64,000 nt of DNA from Pelagomonas calceolata. Its lineage: Eukaryota. A program made the translations under genes and the position numbers. Positions 36,081 through 46,778 of this stretch are shown here, piece after piece; position 1 is the stretch's first letter, and every line of letters starts with the position of its first letter. Under the pieces are notes generated by a model. The model was not told where the DNA came from. It ran no database searches and saw only the letters and a list, made by a program, of their open reading frames with translations. The DNA lies in the NCBI GenBank assembly GCA_918797485.1, contig CAKKNE010000003.1, forward strand, positions 1,240,001-1,304,000, in the 5' to 3' direction.

Positions 36081-37421
36081 ATGGCCGGCCTCTGGGCGCG
36101 CTTACGAGGCCGCCGGAGCCCGCCGCCCGACGCGTCGTCCGTCACCGACGTCTTCGCCGACGCGGCGATCGCGCGCGAGGACCTGGAGCCGGCCGCGCGG
36201 CCGCCGACGCCGCCGGCCCAGCCGAAATTGAGAAGGGACTACGTCGCGTCGTCGCCCCAGGCCGCGCGCGAGCGCCAGCAGCGGCGCTCCGACGGCGAGT
36301 TCGCGGCCTGCCTCGACGCGGACGCGCTCGACGTCGCCGCGCTGCGGCGCCTCGCGTGGAACGGCATCCCGAACAAACGGAGGAGGGCGCAGGTGTGGCG
36401 CTGCCTCCTGCGGTGCGAGGCATCAAAACGCGCCGAGCGTCGGGAGCACGCGGCGGCGCGGCGCGCGGCGTTCCACGAGGCCGTCGCGGCGGCCTTATTG
36501 GACGTGCCGGCGAGCGAGCGCGACCCGGGCGACGCGCAGATGCTGCGCCAGATTCTGGTGGACGCGCCGCGGACCTGCCCCGGGTCGCCGTTGTTCGCGC
36601 ACGACCGCGTGCAGGCGCTGGTCGTGAACGTGCTCTACGTGTGGGCCGTGCGGCACAGTGCATAAAAATCAAATTGTCGCGACGCCGCCATCGACGCGAC
36701 GCCAGCTCGATGGCGTGCCCCGGGGGGTCTCTCACCGCTCGAGCACCCGACTCACTGGTTGATTTACGCACAGGTGAAACACCCGGCGAGCGGCTACGTC
36801 CAGGGCATGAACGACCTATTAGCCGTCTTCCTCGTGGTCTTGGTGGATGAGGTGTCGGAGGGCGATCATGTGGACGTGGCGACGCTGTCTGATGACGTGT
36901 TGGACGACGTGGCCGCGGACGCGTACGGGCTGCTGAACGGCGTCCTCGAGAGTTTAGATGACCACTACGTTCACCGGCAGCCGGGGCTCCAAAGGACGAT
37001 CGAGGAGGTCGACGGGCTCTTGAGAAGGGTCGACGCGGACCTGCACAAACACCTAGACGAGGTCGGCGTGCTGCTGCTCCAGGTGACGTTCCGGTGGATC
37101 AACTGCCTCCTGGTGCGGGAGCTGCCGATGCGCTGCGCGATCCGGCTGTGGGACACGTGCCTCGCCGAGGAGCGCGGCTTCCGGACGTTCTTTCCCTACG
37201 TCTGCGCGGCGTTCCTCTGCCACTTCTCGGACGCGCTCAAGGCGAAGCCCACCGAGGACGTGCACCTCTTCCTCACGTCGCTGCCGACGTCGAACTGGGC
37301 CGACGACGAGGTCGAGACGCTCCTGTCCGAGGCCTACATCCTCTCGACGCTCTTCCGGTCCGCGCCGGCGCACCTCCAGCACGAGCCCGACGGCATCACG
37401 CCCTGCGGCGGGTTTCTCTAA
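36081..37421 (+). CDS. Rab-GAP TBC domain protein (TBC1D22/Gyp1-like)
   Basis: LRRLAWNGIP, QILVDAPRT. Intron 36648-36773 restores YVWA|VKHPASGYVQGMNDL. FRWINCLLVRE, RLWDT. Confidence 0.9.
36656..36773 (+). mobile_element. Diverged introner element; intron 36648-36773
   Basis: CAGTGCATAAAAATCAA...CACTGGTTGATTTACGCACAG, hairpin retained, TSD GTGCGGCA / GTGAAACA. Confidence 0.82.
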
Positions 37422-37876
37422 GTTTCTGTATTGCACTTTGAGGCGGCACGCATGCGTGATGATTAACAATAGTGTTCGTAATATCACGACGGCGGGCGGC
37501 GCCCGGCGCGGAAGGCGTCTCCGTCCCCTGGGACGCCGTCGCCGCCTTAATGTAATTTAGTGATAATAACATAGTGAATTTAGACTGGCGGTGGCGATTC
37601 GTTGTGTGTAGGGTAAGTAAGGAGAATAGGTGTATTCACCGTACTATATAGTTTGCAGTTCTAGTCCGGTTTGAGTTCTAGTCGAGTTTGAGTTCTCCCC
37701 GGGTCTGAGTTCTCCCCGGGTCCGAGCGAAACCTCAGACTAAAGTTCGGGTTCGTCCCTGGCACTAGTAGATTTTACTTCACTTGCATGCTCTCTCTTAC
37801 TCAGTGCTGCCCGCTGTCGAGAGGTAGGCTTCACTACAAGCCACAGGCAGCGAATCCCAAAAAGAGCCGGCGCAAA

Positions 37877-38473
37877 ATGCTAAAACGTGCGCTGAAACTT
37901 GCGCTGGTGCTCACCTCATGCGATGTGAAGCGGCTAACGTACGCCAACGAGTACTCCATCGCTATTTCACACAAGGTGGGCAGCGAGTGGGATAGTTGAA
38001 GTCCAGAGCCCAGCTTCCAGCGCCCGCCGCCCGCGCAGGTTGTGGGCGTGCCGGTTCAGCTAAAAGCGGCCGAAATTACGGTCAGTGACAGCAACGCCTG
38101 CTACGCGCCGCGCAGCGCGGAAAAAGCTTTCTGAAGGGGGTTTCACGTCACCCGTCGATCGTCTGAGAGAAGTGGTCTGAAAGGGCGCATCGCGCGCCCG
38201 CGCCACGGTCCTACCTCTTCCTTATTCAGGGCGTGGACGTGCACGTCTGGGACGGCGTGGACATGGGAATAAAAATCAAGGACAACAACGGGGCATGGGT
38301 TCCCTTGGGCGGAGGTGTTGAAATATGCCTTGACAGTAATGGCAACATCGACTCCATCAAGGGCACGACAAGGTACGTGGCGGTGCGCGGCGCGTAAATT
38401 TATTTTAGGCGGATCTCTGGCCCCGGGCGCCCGCAGGTTCAATGAGTGGTCAGCCACGAGCTGGAGTGCTTGG

Positions 38474-38508
<35 letters not shown>

Positions 38509-39420
38509 CTGCACCGACGTGAACTACCACACGTGGTACTGTCAAGATAACGAGGTTTGGCATGGGGGTGCTTGCAGCTCCAGTTGTAACAGTTGCACTG
38601 CTCGTTATAAGGCCAGCGATATCGATTCGCTCAGGCACTACATTTTGGCGAGCGATGGGGGGTACGGCTGCAACGGATATTGTTTCATATGCAGTGGCAA
38701 CACCCTGCAGCATGGTCACTACGAGGATGGTGAGTGGAAGGAACGGTACGAGGCCCCGGCGAGCCTTCATTGCAATCCAAATTGCGAGGACCAGAGCGAA
38801 TCGGTCCTTTTTCCTTTTTGGGGCATGATGATCGTGTCGCAGTGTGTATCTTTTTGCGCACAGGTGGCGATTATGACGACGACGACGACCTGTGGAAGCC
38901 GACGACCAATCAAATCGATTTATGGAGTGGCGATGACGAGGACGACGACACAGACGCCTGGGCCGACAAGTACCTCGTGGAGGAGAATTGGGACGACGAC
39001 GACGAGGACGCGTGGTTGAGTGTGCACATCAAGCCAAACACGCCCAGCGCAATCGTCACATCACACACTTGGACGCAGTTCCCCTTGGATTCGGGAATTG
39101 GAAAGACCGGTATAATTGCACAAGCTGAATATGATACGAAAGCTCTCAATGTCTGCTACATATTTACTGCCACGGGAAAGAACAATGCGAAGGCGGATAT
39201 TTTGTCCAAGATCGTGTGGAAAGTCGACCCCGTGTGCACAGGGCTCTCATGCCCGAAAATCACCGGCGAATTTGTCGGCCTCGACCACGAGATTTGTATT
39301 GACAAGAGCGGTCGTATCGAAAAAGTTACGGGCCCGACCTCCGTCATCGACGGGGCTGCCCCAAAGGCCACCGCGGCCGCCACCCTCCTCGCTATTGCCG
39401 CGGCTGCCGTCGTGTTCTAG
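37877..39420 (+). CDS. Multi-exon acidic, Cys-containing secreted / GPI-anchored protein
   Basis: Signal-like MLKRALKLALVL, clear intron 38373-38436, acceptors at about 38038, 38229 and 38863, poly-Asp tracts, hydrophobic C-terminal tail. 5' exon structure is tentative. Confidence 0.55.
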
Positions 39421-39711
39421 GCTCGTGCGCCCGCGCTGGGCAGCACCGCGGCCCTCCGACGGCGCGCCGGACACGCCCGGCGCCGCCTCGCCCCTCATAC
39501 CTCGCCCCCAAGTTCGCGAGCCCCCCCCCCTGCATGCATCCCCCCTTTACGCGTAATCTCTTAATTACATTTCCCAGATACCACTAAAGAAACGTAGATG
39601 CGGGTCAATTTTTTAGAGGCTGTAGTCGCGTTGTCGATGCTAGAGATAGGCAGCGAGCGATTACTTGTCACAAAACCTGTGAATTACTACAAGTAGACGT
39701 CGCGTTTGCTT

Positions 39712-39793
39712 GCTAGTGTCTTACAGGCCGCTAGCCTCGATTCCTACGCGGGCATGGCGCGGGACGAGCTGCGCTAGCCTGTAAGACACTGGC
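39712..39793. promoter_or_regulatory. Inverted pair of the conserved upstream motif
   Basis: GCTAGTGTCTTACAGGCCGCTAGC (39712-39735) and GCTAGCCTGTAAGACACTGGC (39773-39793). Confidence 0.7.
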
Positions 39794-39835
39794 CACAAAA
39801 GCCGGCTTTGACGGCCTCAAGCGCATGAATCGGTT

Positions 39836-41086
39836 ATGGCTGAAACAGAAGCAATCGAGCAAGCTTTGGCCGTGCGCGACCTCGGAGCGCTGCGAGACCT
39901 CGCCTTCCAGCCCGGTGGCTATGGACAAGACGATGGTTTAAGGCTGCACTGCTGGGGCGCGCTCGTCGGCGTCGATTTCGAATCGCTCCCGCCGCTCGAC
40001 GTCGCGTCAGCCGCGGAGACCTCGTCGCACGGTGATCGCAGCACTGTGGCCAAGGACGTGAATCGCAGCCTCTGGGCGGCGGGCGAGCGCCGCGGCTGGA
40101 GCGAGAAGGTGCGCAATAAGCGGCGAAGGGCGCTAGCTCGGGTGGTTAATGCGACTTTTGATGAGTCGCAGCACTACTACCAGGGATTCCACGACGTCGC
40201 GGCGGTCGTCCTGGACGTCTCGGGTTTCCATCCGGCTGGTGAGCGGAGAGCCCTCGCTATCTGCAGGGCGCTCGCTCGCAGAAGACTCTCTGATGCGTGC
40301 AAGAAAGACTTCGCCGACGTGTCGACGGCGCTCAAGCTACTACCTCCCTTGATCCATGCACTCGACGGTGAGCTGGGGCAAATACTATTCCGCCCTCACG
40401 ATCCCGAGTTCGCGCTGCTCCTCGAACCGCTCTGGGCGCTGTCGTGGGCCGTGACGCTCTTCGCGCACAACGTCGACGATCGCGCTTCCCTGTTCGTGCT
40501 CTGGGACCGCTTGCTTGCGGCGCCGCCGTGCTTTTCGCTCTACGTAGGCGCAGCGCTCGTGGCACACAATCGCGAGTCACTCATCGCGACCGCGATGGAA
40601 GACGACGCCGCGCCGTTTCTCCACGGCGCGCTGTCGAAGCTGCCTGGCTTGACGTCAGGGCCTGCGGCGTGGGACGCCATCGCCACGTCCGCGCGACGGC
40701 TCCTCTCCACGACGCCGCCGGCACGCGCGGTCGCGCGGGCACCGCGGCGCCTTCGCAGTTACCTTATACCGGTCCGCGACGTCGTCCGGACTCCGTACTT
40801 CGGGCGCGCGGCGCCCGACGGACCCGTGTTGCTCAGCGTTGCCTCATCGGCGCCGGACGCCGCGCCGCCGAGACGCCGCAATCGGCGCCGGCGCCGCCGC
40901 GACGACCAGCCTCTTGCTATTGTGCCGGCGCGACGACAGCGCGTCGTCATCGCGCGGCGCTTTTCGGTGGCCGTCGCCCTCGCCGCCATTCTCGGCGGGC
41001 TCGTGACAGAGAATGCCTTGTTGCGGGCTTTTCTCGAGGACCCGACGACATGGTGGCGGGCGCTCGTGCAGAATCTCCTGACCTAG
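39836..41086 (+). CDS. TBC1D20/Gyp8-like Rab-GAP, tail-anchored
   Basis: KDVNRS, YYQGFHDV, WALSWAVTLFAH, C-terminal TM helix. Confidence 0.82.
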   Translation: MAETEAIEQALAVRDLGALRDLAFQPGGYGQDDGLRLHCWGALVGVDFESLPPLDVASAAETSSHGDRSTVAKDVNRSLWAAGERRGWSEKVRNKRRRALARVVNATFDESQHYYQGFHDVAAVVLDVSGFHPAGERRALAICRALARRRLSDACKKDFADVSTALKLLPPLIHALDGELGQILFRPHDPEFALLLEPLWALSWAVTLFAHNVDDRASLFVLWDRLLAAPPCFSLYVGAALVAHNRESLIATAMEDDAAPFLHGALSKLPGLTSGPAAWDAIATSARRLLSTTPPARAVARAPRRLRSYLIPVRDVVRTPYFGRAAPDGPVLLSVASSAPDAAPPRRRNRRRRRRDDQPLAIVPARRQRVVIARRFSVAVALAAILGGLVTENALLRAFLEDPTTWWRALVQNLLT

Positions 41087-41111
41087 TCTGTGTTTAAACA
41101 TGTGTTAGTTA

Positions 41112-41909
41112 CTACAAGAAGACAAAGCCAGCCGTCGACAAAACGGTAATCCCGGCGGCGTACGCGGTACACCGCCGAAGGATGGCGAGCTGCGGGCCCG
41201 TCTGGGCGGCTCGCGCCTGCGCGTCCCGCTTGGCGGCGTCGGGATCCTTCTTTGCCATGAACCCGTCGTTCCAACCGGTGCGTTCGAAATAGAGTGTGTC
41301 TTCCGCGAGGCGACTGTCGACGTACTGCCACCGCACGAGCGCGCGACCCACGGCGACGAGCGGCGGCAGCGACCCGAGCGCAAGGGGCTGGAAAACGCGG
41401 TCGGCGAGCGACGGCGGATCAGATAGCTCGTCGGGCGGGTCGAAGTCAATCAGACCCACTGCTACAAGAAACGAAGCCGCGAAGAGGTACCCAAGCCGCG
41501 TCAGCAGCTCGCTCTCGGGGAGTGCGCCCCACGAGCCCTCGTCAAACAATTCGCGCAGTTCTTGCTGCGGCTCCATCGAAGACTTCACTCGGCTGTCCCG
41601 CATCGCCAGCGTCGGCTTCTGCGGCGTGTCGACGGCGCGCCGTGGCTGCGCCTCGCGTCGACGTCGCTTCTCGAGCGCGTCGCGCGCCGAGCTCGTCCGC
41701 TTGGCAGCGACTTGCAGCGACGCGGCCAGCGCGGCGTCATCCACGTCCTCTTCGGCATTGACTGATGCATCCTCCGAGGCGTGCACTGATGCATCCTCCG
41801 AGGCGTGCCTGATCGCGAGCACAACTCCTCGTCGCTGCCTTGGCGCGACGAATGCAGTCGCGCGTATGGCACACACAATGATGAGCAGCAGCTTAGTGTC
41901 TGCCAGCAT
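41112..41909 (-). CDS. CGLD27 / Ycf36 (DUF1230) plastid protein
   Basis: Bipartite leader (ATAF motif), QQELREL....WG.L, WQYVDSRL...YFERTGWNDG....K, 3 TM segments. Confidence 0.8.
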   Translation of the reverse strand: MLADTKLLLIIVCAIRATAFVAPRQRRGVVLAIRHASEDASVHASEDASVNAEEDVDDAALAASLQVAAKRTSSARDALEKRRRREAQPRRAVDTPQKPTLAMRDSRVKSSMEPQQELRELFDEGSWGALPESELLTRLGYLFAASFLVAVGLIDFDPPDELSDPPSLADRVFQPLALGSLPPLVAVGRALVRWQYVDSRLAEDTLYFERTGWNDGFMAKKDPDAAKRDAQARAAQTGPQLAILRRCTAYAAGITVLSTAGFVFL

Positions 41910-42044
41910 TGTTGCCTCGTTTTCGCTTATTACTTTTGAGAGAGACACTTGTGACTCTGGAGACCGCGTTGCTGCTGGCAGAGTTACGCTACGCTCACGT
42001 AAAAAAGCGCTGACGCACTTGCAAAGCAGCGTGCACTCTCTCCA

Positions 42045-42065
42045 GCTAGCGCTGTAAGACACTAG
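42045..42065 (+). promoter_or_regulatory. Conserved upstream motif copy
   Basis: GCTAGCGCTGTAAGACACTAG between divergent genes. Confidence 0.7.
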
Positions 42066-42166
42066 GAATGCTGGGCACAGCTCTGGAGCCCGCAGATGCC
42101 CGCAGTTGTCGAGGTAATCGAAATCTGTCGATTCAAGCGTAGCTAGTGATCGCCCGAAGACCATAA

Positions 42167-43204
42167 ATGCGCTGGCGCATCCTGCTGCCATGCTTAGCCA
42201 TGGCTGCGGCTGAGGAGGGCTGCTCGTGCGGAAGTGACGCCCTCACGCGCGACGCCACCGAGGAGTCGTGCGGCAGCGACGTCGTCGAGATGCGACCCGC
42301 CGCCGGAAAGGACCGCCCAATCGTCGAGACGGTCCTCCTCGAGCCGGGCGAGACCTTCGTCGGCACGGACCGGCCGAAGATCTTCGAGGACGGCGAGGGG
42401 CCGGCGCGGCGCGTGCGCATCACGAAAACATTGGAAGTTGACGTCCACGAGTGCACGAACGAGGATTTTGCGAAGTTCGTCGCCGCGACGGCCTACGAGA
42501 CGGACTCGGAGAAGTTCGGGTGGTCCTTCGTGTTCCACCTCGAGCTCGACGCCGCGGCGCGGGCCGGCGCCACGACAGCAGTGAAAGGCGTCGAGTGGTG
42601 GCTGCCGGTGAACGGCTCGTGGTGGCGCGAGCCGACGGGGCCGGGCTCGGACGTCTTTGAGGGAGGCCGCGGCCGGCATCCCGTGGTCCACGTGTCCTGG
42701 CGCGACGCGGCGGCCTACTGTAAATGGAGAGGCGCGCGGCTGCCGACCGAGGCCGAGTGGGAGTACGCGGCGCGCGGCGCGGCGCCGCGGCGCGCGATCT
42801 ACCCCTGGGGCGACGCGCTGATGATGCCCGATAATAATACGCACCGCGCGAACCTCTGGCAGGGGTCCTTTCCCGACGAACCAATCAATGACGACGGCTT
42901 TGCGTTTACGGCGCCGGTGGGATCCTACGCGCCGCAGACGGCGTCCGGCCTCCACGACCTCATCGGCAACGTCTGGGAGTGGGTCTCCGACTGGCACGCG
43001 CCGGGCGCGCGGCCGGCGCCAGCCTGGGACGCCGTCGACGTCGACCCGCGCGGGCCGGCGACCGGCACGGAAAAACTAAAAAAGGGCGGGAGCTTCCTCT
43101 GCCACCGGTCCTACTGCTTCCGCTACCGCGTCGCCGCGCGCCACCGGAACACGCCCGACTCGGCGACGTCGAACAACGGGTTCCGGTGCGTCGCGGAACG
43201 GTAA
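42167..43204 (+). CDS. SUMF1: Formylglycine-generating enzyme (sulfatase-modifying factor 1)
   Basis: Signal peptide, [14 protein letters not shown]...[41 protein letters not shown]. Confidence 0.93.
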   Translation: MRWRILLPCLAMAAAEEGCSCGSDALTRDATEESCGSDVVEMRPAAGKDRPIVETVLLEPGETFVGTDRPKIFEDGEGPARRVRITKTLEVDVHECTNEDFAKFVAATAYETDSEKFGWSFVFHLELDAAARAGATTAVKGVEWWLPVNGSWWREPTGPGSDVFEGGRGRHPVVHVSWRDAAAYCKWRGARLPTEAEWEYAARGAAPRRAIYPWGDALMMPDNNTHRANLWQGSFPDEPINDDGFAFTAPVGSYAPQTASGLHDLIGNVWEWVSDWHAPGARPAPAWDAVDVDPRGPATGTEKLKKGGSFLCHRSYCFRYRVAARHRNTPDSATSNNGFRCVAER

Positions 43205-43242
43205 TGATGTTTAGGTACTACATGCGAACGATTATCACAAAA

Positions 43243-44901
43243 CTAGTCGGCGTCGGCGTAGCGCTCCTTCTTCGACTTCTTTTCCTTGCGAGCGTCGGCG
43301 GACGAGTCGCGCTTGCGCTTCTTTGATTTTTTTTCCTGCGCGGACGGCGACGGGTAAGCGACGGGGACGCGTCGGTGGCGTAGGACGCGGCCACCGCGCC
43401 TTCTTCGACTTCTTTTCCCGCTTTTTAGCTTTCTTCGCGGCCTTCTTCTCTTTTTTACGTCGTTTCTTGGCCTCCTTGCGTTCTCGTTTCTTCTCCTTGC
43501 GGCGGAGGTCCTTCCCGACGTCGTCCTTGAGGGTCTGCATCCAGGCCGGCATCGTCGCACCGCGGCCGCGCCCTATTGGCTCCGCGGGCGGCGGCGCCGG
43601 CTCGTCGTCCTCGACGAGCTCGTAGTCGCCGCCCGACGCAAAACGCTGGTTCCGCGGGTCCGCCGTGCCCTTGCGCATGGCTTCGACGGGGTCGACCTCG
43701 TCGCCCGCGCGGATTGGCGCGTTGCCCCGGCGGCCGCCGCCGCCCTCGCCGCGGGCCTGGTAGTCGCGGTTCGCCGGGTCCAGGTCCTCGCCCGTCGCCT
43801 GGTCCACGACCTTCATGGACAGCGAGACCTTGTCCATCTCGCGATGCTCGACGACCTTAACGTACACCTGCGCGCGGACACCCGGTTATCCTCGCGTCAA
43901 CGGCGTGGAGAGGACGACGCACCTTCTGGCCCACGTCGACGACGTCGTTCGGGTCCTCGACCCGGTACGCGCAGAGCTGCGACACGTGCACGAGGCCATC
44001 GCCGTAATTATCTATCCGAACGAAGGCTCCAAAATTCTGTATCCGCGCCACCGTTCCCTTGTGCACGGAGTACAATTGCGGCAGCTCGCCGGTCCGGCGC
44101 GCGGACGGCGTCGCGGCGTCGACGTCGTTCAGGGGTTCTTTTAGTTCGCCAGTCTCCTGGTCGACGAGCCGCATCGACAGCGACACCTTGTTCCCTTCCT
44201 TGATGTCCGTGACGACGACCCAAACATATTCTCCTTCTCTTACAGCGTCGGCGACACTCTCGACGCGCTCGTCCCGCAACTGTGAGATGTGCACGAGGCC
44301 GTCGGCGTCTGCGTGGCACGAAACGTCGATGGCGTCGGCGACCTAACAAAGGCAAATCGAATGACTCTGGCCGCGAGCAGTTATCAATCCGAACGAAGGC
44401 GCCGAACGGCTGGATACGAGCGACGGTGCCACGGTGTATTGACCGCAGCTCCGGCAGGCGCCGCGGTGGCGGACGCCGCGGCGGCGGCGCGTCGTTACGC
44501 GGCGGCGAGCGTCCGCGGTCGTCGCGGCGCGGAGGTGGGCCGCGATCGTCACGCCGCGGCGAGCGTCCGCGGTCGTCGCGGCGCGGAGGTGGGCCGCGAT
44601 CGTCACGCCGCGGCGAGCGACCGCGGTCGTCGCGGCGCCGCGGCGGGGAGCGGCTCGGCGGCCGGCGCCGCGGCGGCGAGCTGCTGGGAGGGCGGCGCCG
44701 CGGCGGCGAACGACTCCGGCGGCGCGGAGGCGAACGTCTGCGGTCGTCGCGGCGCCGCGGCGAACGGCTGCGCTCGCGCCGTCGTGGCGAACGCGAGCGG
44801 CTGCGCGACGGGCGCCGGCGGCTGCGCGACGAATCGCTCGACGACGACGAGCTGGAGGAGCTGGAGCTGGAGCTGGAAGATGAGGGGGAGCGGCGCCCCA
44901 T
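43243..44901 (-). CDS. RS/RD-rich protein with three S1 RNA-binding domains and Lys-rich tail
   Basis: [24 protein letters not shown] repeats restored by introns 44378-44309 (GC-AG) and 43922-43868; [12 protein letters not shown]. Tentative intron 43399-43336. At least two S1 domains are complete; the count is approximate. Confidence 0.75.
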
Positions 44902-45019
44902 GGTTGCAAGCGCGAGCTTGGTTGATGTCTATGGTTGCTCACAGAGTGGAAACGATGCAGAACAGCAGCGATTTCGAGCTATGCGCGCAATGCGGGGTCT
45001 CAAAAGCCGGCTTGCCGAT

Positions 45020-45043
45020 GCTAGTATCTTTACCGCCGCTAGC
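45020..45043 (-). promoter_or_regulatory. Conserved upstream motif copy (diverged)
   Basis: GCTAGTATCTTTACCGCCGCTAGC, next to the transposon insertion. Confidence 0.6.
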
Positions 45044-45064
45044 ACGTTGTGATTGCCCGCCGAG

Positions 45065-46669
45065 CAACCCCCCCATTTCGGTCACGAAATTAAATCAATT
45101 CCCTAAAGCTAGAAAGCGGGTTTTTCCGGCTTTTGCGCGGCGGCGTACGGGCCACTCGGGTATCACCCAGCAACGCGGCGTTAGGCGCCTTCGGGCCGGT
45201 CCTCGACCTCGCCCCGAGGCCACTTATTTGGGTCGGCGGGGCGCCGCGGCGCTCGCAAGTGGCGTTTTTGTGACGGCGGCTAATCGCGAGGAATCCTTGG
45301 AGAAAATCTCAACGCGCGGCGGTGTGCGGCCTGTGGAAGTCGTCTCGGGAGATATGATGGCGCTGCGGCCGGTCGGAGCGACGATTGGGCCGGCGGTCTT
45401 GGCGCGGCGGGCGTCGCCGCGATCGGGGCATTTTGCTGGGAACGGATGCGGTGCCAGCCTTGAGCGAGATTCGGGCCGCAGAAACATTTAGGGGTGTCAG
45501 ACGGACGCCGCGGTGCCTCATTGCTGGCTGAGGAGGCCATTTCGAGGTGATAAAGCCGCGACGAGGAGATTTCGAGGTCGGTGCCGGTACGATTCATGAG
45601 GTCGTCGCAGCTAGTAGCGCGATTTGTGGAAACGGCATCGACATGCGTCTAAACGACTGATCGAGTATGAACGAGATCTGCCATCGGTCGCGCTTCAAAT
45701 TTCGTCTTGTGTCTCGCCCGATCTACAAAATGACCAGGATTGACCTTCTAAGGGCCTCGGAGCGGCACAGTCGGCTCCCGCGTTGTGTTTCGAGACGCCT
45801 CGGGCTCTACTGCGGGCTCCCACCGGCCGGGGAGGCCGCACCGGGCTTTCGTGCACCGGCCGTAGACGCCGTGCCGGGCCCCCACGCCGGGCCTCCTGAT
45901 CGCTTTTGGGGGGTAGTAACTCTCGCGCAGTACACTAGGGGTACGTCGGATGTCTCCTCAACATCTTTGCAGCGCATTCGCTACAAAGGCATTTTTAGCT
46001 ATTAATTAAAATTCATATGACGGCACAAATAGGCGCGCGAAGGACACTCAAGCTAACGCCTGAAGGGTTCCGCGGCACCAAACGTCCGCACCCGCCCCAC
46101 GGCCGAGTCCGACGGCGCTCGCCGTCCAGACGCCGTCTACGCGCCCGGCGCGCCCCGTCGGGCGGTCTCGGGGCGTCCCGCGCGCCTCGACCGCGGAGCC
46201 AGAATCCTCTCCCGAGAGCGCCGCCCACGAGAGCGCCGCGAAGGAACCACTACGTCTGCCGTTTCAACCACGCGGCGCCCAAGCAGTGCTAAGGGCGTTT
46301 TTGGGCACGTCGCCGAGAACGCGCCGAACTTTGCGGATTAAAAAAAATCGAATGCCTGGAGTCGATTTTTTTCATGCTTCCCTCGTCGCTCGCTTGGCAG
46401 GTGTACTCCCAACAAATTTAACTCGTTTCCCCGGCCGGCCGCTTAGCGCGGCGCAGGGCCGCCCGACGTGAAATCGTCGCAGAGCAAAATCGTGATTTCG
46501 CTGGCGCGCCGGCCCGCGGCGGCGGAAATTTTGACGTGGCGGCCTCACATATAGCCCGAGAGGACGCCCCTGTAAGGATTTCGCCGGAGAGCCGCCTGCG
46601 GCGCCATACGGCCCGGGTGCTCCCAGTACCTGTATCGGTATTTTTATCGTGACCGAAATGGGGGGGTTG
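45065..46669. mobile_element. Non-autonomous DNA transposon, 1.6 kb, 23-bp perfect TIRs, 7-bp TSD
   Basis: CAACCCCCCCATTTCGGTCACGA at 45065-45087 and its exact reverse complement at 46647-46669. CGCCGAG directly flanks both ends (45058-45064, 46670-46676). No recognisable coding ORF inside. Confidence 0.88.
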
Positions 46670-46778
46670 CGCCGAGCACGGGAGTGAGAACACCCGTGAT
46701 CCCCGCACTTGCGTGCTTTGCATCCACTCAGCTTCGCACTCAGCTCTGCAAATCAGTGCGAAACCGACTTCAGGAGCG

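Noticed and set aside
36081..41086. Two nearby TBC genes as a tandem duplication
   Set aside because: Motifs point to different ancient subfamilies (TBC1D22-like versus TBC1D20-like), with no visible DNA similarity.
44495..44640. 54-bp duplication and RS repeats; also the 27-bp x3 repeat at about 47925-48008 and the GAC run at about 38477-38506
   Set aside because: Ordinary low-complexity coding repeats.
45224..46471. Short ORFs inside the TIR element as a transposase
   Set aside because: All are short, with no DDE, zinc-finger or HTH pattern visible.
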